Positions 24,859 to 47,089 of a DNA stretch of 64,000 bases are shown one piece after another. Below the pieces are notes generated by a model. The model saw nothing but the letters and a program-made list of their open reading frames with translations. It searched no databases and was not told where the DNA came from. The DNA is from Lingula anatina. Taxonomy: Eukaryota > Animalia > Brachiopoda. Each line of letters begins with the position of its first letter. The first letter of the stretch is position 1. Made by a program: the position numbers and the translations under genes. Location: the NCBI GenBank assembly GCA_051362555.1, contig CM120646.1, positions 16,864,001-16,928,000 of the forward strand. The letters are read 5' to 3'.

Positions 24859-26914
24859 ATGTTAAAATTGTGTTTAGCAACCGCATTGCTGTTAACGTTC
24901 CTGAGAGAGGGGTATGGTGCTTGTTTTGGGGGTCCACTTAAGGTACTCGAATCACGTAAGTCCTATTAGTTACGTAAGAAATAGGTTTTGCAAATAGGCC
25001 TTATGCACTACGTCCTAGCTTTTAAAGATTATCGATAAACTACAAAACAAGCAAATAACACGTTTTGTGGGCCTTAGCCTTAGATGTCATACCTCTCACC
25101 TTTTAAAAGTATTAGCTATTTTTAAGTGCAGTCATAGTGTCACTACATCAACAGTATCGTTTTTCAAATGAGTTTTAGCCACTGGCACTCCTTACCGCAA
25201 TTTTGTACGTGATCAATTGGCAAGGTCAACTCTTACAGGTCATAATCCATCAAAGCGCTTTAATTGATCGGCCTTTAACCGTTAAACCCTGTTAAGTCAT
25301 TATAATCTTCTTCTACTCGTCACAGTTCGTTCTCAGGCCAAACAGACAGTATTAGATTTTTAATTAACCGTCTAGGATATAATACGGGTGCCGTCGAATA
25401 TACATGTAGCATGGTGCAACTTTTAACTAACTTTGTATTTATTTTCATATATGACACTACAAATGATCTCATTCTACACACACACTGGACAATAGAAGTG
25501 TCACCCCCTGAATCAGGGTAATCAAAGTTATAATGCCTGGGTCACCCCCTGAATCAGGGTAATCGAAGTTATAATGCCTGGTGTACTTATAATGTGACGA
25601 ATGAGTATGCACCATGGAATTAAATTGAAATTTGATGTTAATAAAATGATACCAGGAGCATTTCATTCAACAGTCATTTATCTCCCCTAAAGTATTGGTT
25701 CAGTAGGGGTGACACTTCTATTGCCCAGTGTGTGTATTTAGAATGTGTTTGTTATGCTGCAGTACTTGTTTCGTATCTGTGTACAAAAACGAATGTTTTA
25801 AGAATGCATTTCATCATTACATACAGACAAAGAGTTTCTGTTATACAACTTCTTATGTGACGAATCTGACTAAGAATGGAAAGTTAGACGCAATGATGAA
25901 AAATATAATTTTGATATGAATTTTGACTTTTTCCTTGCCAGCCTGGAAGCGGCTGATATTGTACTGTGAATGGGAAGGAAAGAAGATTGGCGTTGGAAGC
26001 ACCGTTCATCTGGTATCAGCCAAGGGCTGCGCCAGAGTTTCTTGCTCCCAAAATGGCTTGGAGTTCTGTGGGTAAGTTGGCATGGGCGCCAATAAGCGGG
26101 TCTGGGGGACTCATTCACAGGATGTGAGTAAGACTTAAAAAGCATCAGACATAAAATTTATTTTCCGATAGCTACTCCGTCAGGCTGCCTACAGATTTAA
26201 AGAACTGATTTTATTTTTTATAAGGAAAAGAAAAGATGCAATATTGTATAGTGCAACTATGCCAGACTGAACACGTTACAAGCGGGTATACTTTATATGT
26301 GAAAACTCAAATATGAAGAAATTGGCCTGTCACTAAAGCTATCGTGTCCTATTTGTGCTCTTAGACATGCTAAAAATCGTTTTATCTTAAGCATGCCCTG
26401 GGAAAAGTCAACTGCTTCATCAGGTTAATGTCGTTACATGTCAGACATCCCTCTTGAAATGTACAAGCGCGTCGTTAGTTTTATTTACACTAACTCCTTT
26501 TTATTTTAAAGGGGTGCATGCCCTTTTATAGTTTAACTTTGTACCTCTAACATAAATAACAAGAATCTGGAAAAAGAAATTTCTTTTCGTTTATCTAAAT
26601 TAGAATTTCCTTTAAAGGCTGCCCCTTTGGACATCCGCAATGAGTAGTTAACAAATGACATTGCATCGTCTCTATGACTTATTTGTATGATTGGTTATTT
26701 TATGTATAGGCCCATAAATTGTACAGATCACAGTTCGATTTCGACTTTACATATTTCTTCCAGAGATAGCCTACATATTCCCCCGCCAGGTTGTGACGTC
26801 AGCTACGATGCTTGTAATTTGGTCTACGTGAAGAAAGATAATCCTCTGGAAGTTTGCGCATCTTCCCCCTGGAAACCACCTACATCGCCATCAATCGCGA
26901 TCGGAAAGATATAA
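24859..26914 (+). CDS. beta-microseminoprotein-like secreted protein B, 125 aa
   Basis: Exons 24859-24955, 25942-26071 and 26764-26914 give MLKLCLATALLLTFLREGYG-ACFGGPLKVLESPWKRLILYCEWEGKKIGVGSTVHLVSAKGCARVSCSQNGLEFCGDSLHIPPPGCDVSYDACNLVYVKKDNPLEVCASSPWKPPTSPSIAIGKI. First two exons are 97/130 nt as in A and C. Confidence 0.82.
25477..25734. mobile_element. Tc1/mariner-type MITE with TA target-site duplication and an internal 41-bp tandem duplication
   Basis: TIRs CACACACTGGRCAATAGAAGTGTCACCCC at both ends, flanked by TA. The paralogous intron of gene A (attcTAttttgaacg, ~21466) is the empty site. 25500-25540 is repeated at 25541-25581. Confidence 0.85.
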
Positions 26915-27049
26915 ACAACTAAGAACTCAACAATAACAATCTACTAACCATGTTCTTTTCTAGCCGCATATTGATAACTTTTTTGGTTTTAAATCAACAT
27001 TCTGGAAAAAAATAAATTTTGAACCAGTATGCATTAAAGCGCGTTGTGT

Positions 27050-27274
27050 CCCACCCCCCTTCGGTTTCTGGGAAAAAATCACACCAATATTCCCCTCTTG
27101 ATATTGGAAACTTGAACAGCTGAATCATAGCTTTAAACTGCACCAAATGGCACCTTTTGCCCTCCAAACACCGAACCCCACACCAAGGGTGCAAGGGCAG
27201 GCTTCGCATCCGAGGTCTGTCATCCTTTAAAAAAAAAAACTGCCCCTCTTCAAATAATCCTGGATCCGCCCCTG
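27050..27274 (-). mobile_element. MITE, CAGGGGCGGATCCAG family (one end truncated)
   Basis: Reverse-complement match to 22389-22620 and 32595-32810. Confidence 0.7.
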
Positions 27275-27359
27275 ATTAATATACAGTACAGTATAGGACA
27301 ACACACAAATCTTTCAGGTATATAAGCACAGGTCAGGTCAAGTTTTTCAGTTTGGATAG

Positions 27360-28220
27360 GGATATCATTCCACGCAGTGATATTTGCCTGTCATAGTTCA
27401 TCACGATTTACCGGCTGATGACCAATTCTGCGAGTTACTTCCGCCCGAAGATTTTCAATTGGGTTAAAATCTGTGGAGTTTGAGGGCCAGAGCAGTTGCT
27501 GAACCCCTTGGTTTTGAAGAAAAGCAGTGATTCTGCGAGCTCGATGTGGGGGTGCGTAGTCGTCTTGGTACACAAAATTGTTCCTGAAGATGGCTCTTAC
27601 AAAGGGAAGCATTAATTGTTTGCTGTAGAATGTCTCTGTAGGAATCCTGGTTGAGGTTGCATTCTAGAAAAACCAACTGGTTCTGGGCACCGGCATGAAA
27701 ACAGAGACGCCATCACTCCCTGCTTGCACCCTAAGCAGTACACGATCATCGTTATATGCCTCTTGTACAAGCTGGCGGACACGGATTCGACCGTCAACCC
27801 AAAAAAATCCATATCTGGCCTCATCACTGAAAACGACGTGATTCCAATGGTTTGGCTGCAAACGCACGTGGTCCCCAGTCCATTGCAGACAACGCTGTAC
27901 ATGACCTGCTGTTAACAGTGGTTTCCGTACTGGTCTTCGTGCAAAATAACCGGCTAGTAATCTCTTGTTTATGACGGATCTTGAAACGATCGTTTGAATG
28001 ACATTCTGCCACTCTCTTCTGAGGACTCCGGTTGTCTTTGTACGACCAGCACGGAACAGTATAGGGAGAAGGCAATCAAGTCTTTCCATTGTGATACGAG
28101 GACACCCTGGTAGGTGTGCCTGTTGTAGCATTTCTTTGGAGGACTTTACTAACGGTTCCCTGATAAATTGTTGAATTGCCTGGCAATGGCTACATGTTTG
28201 TGGCCATTTTCTCTGAAAGC
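27360..28220 (-). mobile_element. degenerate Tc1/mariner transposase pseudogene
   Basis: Frameshifted pieces: ARRPVRKPLLT, HWNHVVFSDEAR (first catalytic D), YQDDYAPPHRA (second D) and WPSNSTDFNPIENL (E). Confidence 0.88.
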
Positions 28221-28235
28221 AAGAATCCCATAGTA

Positions 28236-28620
28236 CAGGGGCGGATTCAGGGGGTCTTCTGGGTCTTCCGGAAAACGGTCAGGTTTTCAAGTTTACATTG
28301 ACGGGTATCTAATTTTTTCTGTCGGAAGACGGTCAAAAATGAAGAACGGAGCAACAAAGATAATTTGGAAGACTGTCAGAAAATATCTCTGCTCCTGTAG
28401 TAAGCTGCGTTGCTTAGCTGTCGAATCATACCTTCTCTAAGATACCTGTCAAGTTTCAGGGCGATCCTTTTGTTGCTTCTCGAAATACATTCCAAAGATT
28501 GACCAAACCCATGCGTTTTTATACAAGGGCAGAAATTGCCGAAAAGACCACCCCTCACATTTCTGACCACAGAACATGCAACTGCAGACATCAGTTATTT
28601 CGAGAGTTCTGTGGTAATTA
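28236..28620 (+). mobile_element. hAT-like non-autonomous element fragment interrupting the Tc1 relic
   Basis: Begins CAGGGGCGGATTCAGGGGG, followed by subterminal ggaagacggtc-type repeats; right end not identified. Confidence 0.4.
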
Positions 28621-29033
28621 GGTAACACACCTGGCTTCCATATTAAATATTAACCCTGTATTTGCTCTGACCTAAACTGCCTGATTTGCTGTACTCGATC
28701 TCGGCTGTCACTGAACTAAAAACCACAGAAAACATCTTTGAAATACCACGCTATTATGCAAAATAGCTAAAAAGGAAGAAAAATAATCAACATCTTGTAA
28801 GTTTGTTACAAAGTTATTAATAAGGTCACCATATACACACGGCACAAGTTTCTCAAACAAAAAGCCGGCTCACGCGATAAAATTACAAATAACGTAGAAA
28901 AAGATCATCAGTACCTGCTACATTGTCCCGCTATTCGTTTTTAAGTCCGAGCCCTACATGCATCTCTACATTAAAAAAACTTCGCTTGTTTCTCTTTTGG
29001 AAGTCGAACGGATTCGACCGCCATTTATTCAGA

Positions 29034-29043
29034 GGGAATTTCC
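29034..29043. promoter_or_regulatory. NF-kB/Rel consensus site upstream of MSP-like C
   Basis: GGGAATTTCC matches GGGRNNYYCC; a near-match GGGGAATTCTCC lies at ~29366. Could be chance. Confidence 0.25.
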
Positions 29044-29975
29044 ATCCAAAATGCTCGAATGGTGCAATCATTCCCATGCCAATTCCAGGCAAAACGGATG
29101 AAAAATGATAATGTATATACTAGTATTTTATTCCTTTTCAGTTTGTAAATTTCGTTCTCTTTCAAATAACCAGAAGAGTCTGCAACCACGTGCTCACAGG
29201 CATTTCGAGTCTGACTGGCGCCTATTCTTTTTTCTTTTCATACCATTATGTTATATATGTGAAAAAAAGGAAATGTGTATGATTATTTTCCCAGTACAGA
29301 ATTGGCAAAAGCATGAAGTCCACAAGTGGCTTGAAAATAATTACACCTGTTAAAAGTTCATTCGGGGGGAATTCTCCATGAGAAAATGATGGATGACCTC
29401 CGACAACTTCGGAGCATTCGACAAACTAAAAGCTGGGGTCTTCATGCATTAATGCGTCCCAGAATCATTGCATTATGGACATCAACCGATCAAGGTGACA
29501 ACCTAGCGTGCTCCTAACCACGTGACATTTTTACCAGATCTTTTGCTTATACTGTACACCGTGCACGGACATCAATTAAGAATAAATAGAATAACATCAG
29601 AGAAAATGTCAGGTTGCGTAACGAGCGTTACCACTTCCATCAGGACAAAAATTACAGGGTCGTGCTGGAGAAGAGAGCACATAATTAACCTGCGGTCCCG
29701 GTAGAGGGTACACATGTAGTACCATGAATCAGGTTATATTATGAAGAAATAAAAGAAAGCGTTTCTCTACAATGAACATTCCCGGGTTGTAGCGTCAGCA
29801 TTCACAAGACTGAGAGCTTTGGATGGTGTTATCTACAACGAAGGATAGGCTACTCGTGACTTACTCATTTTGCGAGAGATATATCTGCAAACCACGCCGT
29901 TGGATATAGGACAATACAACTGTTTAGACACAGACGACCGCTGGTTTTGCTTCGTATTTTATACTGCGCCAGAAA

Positions 29976-32283
29976 ATGTTAAAATTGTGTTTAGCGGCCG
30001 TGTTGCTGTTAGCGTGTCTAAGAGAGGGATATGGGGCTTGTAAATTGGATCCACTTAAGACGCTAACCACACGTAAGTCCAATAAGTTACATAAGACAAA
30101 GATTTTGCTTACATAAGACAAAGATTTTGTGAGTAATTACCAAATACACCCCTTTTTAGTTTGTGCCTATCTTGCCGTACACTGACATGAGCAAATGTTT
30201 TAAAGATGTTGCTCTTAATACGTATCCTCGTGTACAAGTATGTATACAGTGTATATACTGCATATAACGTGTTGTAATGTTGTAAGAACGTATTTAGGCA
30301 TCAAATTTTGACAAAAGACTTTTCTTTTTTTACACATTCTTATACGACGAATTCGACCAGGAACGAGAAGTTGACCGTGATGATGAAAAAAAAAATTATT
30401 TTGAAATAAATTTTAACTTTTTCCCTGTCACTCCAGCCTTGGGACAGACAGTAGAGTACTGTGAGTGGGAAGGAAAGAAGCTTGGTGTTGGAAGCTCCAT
30501 ACGTCTGGTATCAGACAAGGGCTGCTACAGAGTCGATTGCATCGACCGTGGCCTTATGTTCTGTGGGTAAGTTGACATTGCTCGAATAGAAGCAACAGGC
30601 GGATCTCGGGCTCATTAAAAACTATTAAAAATAATTTTATAAACACCAAAATTAAATTTTCTTTTGTAATTTCTACATTTCGAGTTGCATTCCGGCTCAT
30701 TCTAGCAGGATTTGTCTTGCCATTTCGGTTCTCCCTCGAACGCGATCAGAATGCTTCGAATGCTGTCGGAATGCTCTAAGAATATTTAGAATGCACTCAT
30801 AGTGCAGTCAGAAAACACTAAGAACACCTTTCGATATTTCTTAACTTGGAATGCACTTTGAAAGTTTTGAGCATGAGCAAAACATTCGGGCCGTCCACAA
30901 GAATGGGTAAAAATATTTGGAACGCACTCAGAAATTTTAGAATGCTTTATGAATATCCAGGAACGTACAAAGAATTGTCTTATCGACGGCATTCTTGCTC
31001 AATCAGCCTCTAGTGTGACGGGGCCTTTACTTAACAAGCTGGCTCTCTCCTCCAGTGGGCTGTATGTCGTCACCGGCCCACGATATCACGTAGCTCATTA
31101 AGTGACAGACCTAGCTAATGCCCCTATTTCACACAGACCACGAATCCCACGAATCGCCAGGAATTGACATATTTTAGGATTGGTGGTTGAATCGTAATCA
31201 GTTTGTGAAGTTCTTAACAGATTCGTATATACATGTATTCGTAGTTCTTGCAATTCTTGATCAATCGGGAATTCGAGGCAAAAATTTTGAGCTGTTCAAA
31301 ATTTTGGCCACGAACTCCCAATTCCAAAAAATCGTAGTTAATTCGTAGCAAATTCGTATTTCATCGTAACTGAATCGTAATCGATTCTTAGGCATTCGTA
31401 TGTATTCTTAACTCATTCGGGGATTCGTGAATCCCTCGATTGACCATGAATCGGCTACGAATCAGTCACGAATCCCACGAATATTCGCCGAAGCATGTAC
31501 GGAGGGGAAATACCACGAAATGTCAAGAATAGTCCAGAAATCACTTTTATTCGTACCCATTCGCGTATGCTTAACTGATTCCTTATTGATTCGTAACGCT
31601 CGTGCAGTATTCGTAATAGATTATTGTAAATCGCAGTGAATTCTTGACAATATTCGTGCGATTCCAGCCGAATCCCACGAATATTCGTAACACTATCGCA
31701 CCTGTATCGTAACTGAATCGTAGAGCGTATCGAATTAGGCCATAAAATTTGCAAAATCTCACGAATCCTGAAATTTGTCGATTCCTGGCGATTCGTGGGA
31801 TTCGTGGTCTGTGTGAAATGGGGGCACAGAAGGGGAGTTTTTTGAAGCTCAACATTTACAAAATGACCTTTCAATTTGTGTATTCTGATAAATATATCAT
31901 TAGTTGGGCATGTTTTAAAATTTACAAAATGACCTTCCAATTTGTGTATTTTGATAAATATATCATTAGTTGGGCTTGTTTCCCGAAGAATATGCTCCGT
32001 TCAAGCCATTCTGACGGTTAGACGCAAATCCTTTAATAAGTACGTGACGTAGCATCGTCTCTATGATTTATTTGTATGATTGGTTATTTTATGTATAGGT
32101 CCATACATTGTACAGGTCACATAAGTATTTTTTTCCAGATATGGCATATATGTTCCCCCGTCAGATTGTGACGTCAGCTACGACGCATGTAACGTGGTTT
32201 TCGTAAAGAAAGATAATCCCCTGGAAGTTTGCGAAAACTCTCCCTGGCAACCATCCATGACGCCATCTATCGGAAAGAAATAA
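29976..32283 (+). CDS. beta-microseminoprotein-like secreted protein C, 123 aa
   Basis: Exons 29976-30072, 30437-30566 and 32139-32283 give MLKLCLAAVLLLACLREGYG-ACKLDPLKTLTTPLGQTVEYCEWEGKKLGVGSSIRLVSDKGCYRVDCIDRGLMFCGYGIYVPPSDCDVSYDACNVVFVKKDNPLEVCENSPWQPSMTPSIGKK. Confidence 0.82.
30680..31026. mobile_element. truncated PIF/Harbinger-like MITE (one end)
   Basis: GAATGC/GCATTC-rich interior ending GTGTGACGGGGCCT followed by TTA; the other end is missing. Confidence 0.55.
31119..31826. mobile_element. ~710-bp Harbinger-like MITE with ~60-bp terminal inverted repeats
   Basis: Left TGCCCCTATTTCACACAGACCACGAATCCCACGAATCGCCAGGAAT matches the reverse complement of the right end almost perfectly. 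ATTCGT/ACGAAT-rich interior; no clean TSD. Confidence 0.85.
31853..31982. repeat. 66-bp tandem duplication
   Basis: atttacaaaatgaccttYcaatttgtgtattYtgataaatatatcattagttgggc occurs twice. Confidence 0.9.
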
Positions 32284-32594
32284 ACACTCATGAGCTGAAC
32301 AATTACAATCTACTAACCATGCTATTTTCAGTCGCATAATACAACATTTTAGAGATTTAAATCAACATGCCATTTGCCACTGTACACATCCCCACCTAAC
32401 GGCTTTCAAAACACTAGCTTCAGATGCTTGATACATACAAATAATAACGCCAAAGTGCTATTTCTGGAAAATAAATTTTTGAACCGGTAGGCATCAAAGC
32501 ATGTTGTGTTGGTTTGTCATCAATTGAAAATCATGTTCATGAGATTTCAAGACAACGTCCACGACCGAGTTATTTCCATTTTGATGTTAAGAGA

Positions 32595-32865
32595 CAAGGG
32601 CGGATCCAGGATTAGGCCTACTTGAAGGGGGGATGGGGGGTGGGGGTTGGCGCGGATATGAAGCCAAACCTCCCCACACTTACCGTGTACTTGGCGTGGG
32701 ATTTGGGGTCTGCGAATTTTTTTTGTTTTTTTTAGAGGGCGAATGGTGCCATTTGGTACGGTTAAGAACTATGACTCAGCTAGTCAAAATTTTAATTTCA
32801 AGAGGGGACCAGAAATCTAAGAGGGGTGGTGGTGGTGTCAGGACACCCCCTCTAAATCTGCACTG
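32595..32865 (+). mobile_element. MITE, CAGGGGCGGATCCAG family, downstream of MSP-like C
   Basis: Ends caagggcggatccag...ctaaatctgcactg; absent at the paralogous site ~23305. Confidence 0.75.
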
Positions 32866-34814
32866 AAGACTAAATATGATGATATTGAAAATCCATAAAT
32901 ATAACGTTTTTTCTCTTTGTTGCAGTTTTGTTATTTGACAAGTACTTAACACAACTGTACATCTTGACAATAAATTTCAATAAATAATGCTTACGCAGCC
33001 GAGAATCCGCCAAAGTTTCTGATTAAAGCAAGCTACATGTATATGCTGCTGATGCCTTTCATGAAAAAAAAAATCAAACAGCTTTGGTAGTGAAATTCAA
33101 CGAGTTTTTGTTACCTTCTGCTTGGAAACAAAAATACTGATATAATCATACAGGTACAAGAGCAAAGAAACAACAACAAACGTGCTTTGCATAATATCTG
33201 GTATTCTGTATTCTTCATTTGATATAAAACAGTGTTTAAATACTGTACACACTCCATGGGCATTTATATATCAGTACAGCTAACCCAGTGTGTTTTAGGC
33301 CTAAACAGAATGTGCACGGAAAGCAAGGCTCATGATAAAAGCTACGGAACACAGTATAATAATATACAATACAGAAACAGGACAACACACAAATCTTCCA
33401 GGTATATAAACACAGGCCAGGTGAGAAACAGATGGCTATATTACAATGAAGTTCATGATATTTCATATCCTCAACAGTGCTGGCAACTTAATTTACTACA
33501 TGTAAAATATGGAGGAACTGCATGGAGCCTAAAAATGCACTGTACTTTGTGAAAACTTCTTCACAAAGGGGAGCACCTTGATACATACCTATAGTTGTAA
33601 TGATATGAAACACATAATTTATAATTTATACAGGTTATTTAATGATCTGGCCTCTATGATAAACATATCTTGCATGCTTGAACAGTAATTTAGATCCTTT
33701 GCTTTCTGCACAAACTTCAGGGAATAAATAGAATTTAATCAGAGAAAAAACATTTACAAAGCACAAAATCCATATCAACTGAATCATAATGGTTTTACAC
33801 ATTTACATGTATTTCATATCTCCCGGAGTTTGTGATATATTTTCTAAGCAATATTTAACTGGAGAAGTCGTGCATGAACATTTCACACATAATCTGTGGC
33901 AGTGCCTTTCAACTCAATAAGTAGACCACTTCACGTATAATACATTCCACAAAACGATATCAACACAATTTTTTTCTGCACACTTTCAAAGTTCTACAAG
34001 CAAACTGCAATATTACAGATAAATTCAACAAATCCCATTTACAGACAGCTGTTTAATTTCTTTATATGGTACCAGTACATTTAAATGCACAATGATCTCA
34101 ATATTTAACTGCACCCCAATATTTTTGAAACCACAGTGATTCAAAAAATCCACAGTCTGATCTTTTGCTGATTGTATGATCAGTGCTGGAAGCAACAGCA
34201 CACATGCTTCAAAACAACTTTACTGAACTCTTGTACAAAGGACACAATATACACTGTATGCAGACACCAATCTCCTGAATTTTATGCCTTAAATAAAGGT
34301 TCTGCAACATGATTTATAAACTGCTACAAGTACATAATGTAGTTTTGGATATAAATACATATAAATCAAATAGAGAAGCCCTTATGATTAGCCCTATCTT
34401 GCTCTTGGTAATTTTGGTCATGGTAATGCCAGCACACTTTTATAAACTGTGGGAAGACATGATGATTAAAACAGAGCTCTTGGCTACTCAATTCTGTGTA
34501 TTTTTCACAGAAAAAAAAAAACCACAAAGATTTTTGAGCTCCTCGCCCATGATAGGGAGATTTGATGGTCAACAGTATCAAAGTACTTTTTTTCTTCAAT
34601 TTTGCCAAGGAGCAAACTCTAATTCAAATCTGAAAGATAACAATCCCCTACATGTATATATCGGACCACACTTATGACTGCAAAGTTACCCCAAAAAAAA
34701 AAAATAATAATAATAATAAATAATTAAATAAAAAAGCAGTAAAAAACTAGTCAAAACAATGGCTCTTGTGAAAAGGTTCTAGAATGTTTCCTCTAAAAGG
34801 GCCAACCCCTGGCG

Positions 34815-47089
<12,275 letters not shown>

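Noticed and set aside
31119-31826. Recurring ACGAATCCCACGAAT motifs as a CRISPR-like array
   Set aside because: Irregular spacing, bounded by TIRs, inside a eukaryotic intron.
31427-32021. Overlapping 70-161-aa ORFs
   Set aside because: They lie in a low-complexity MITE and tandem repeat; no transposase motifs.
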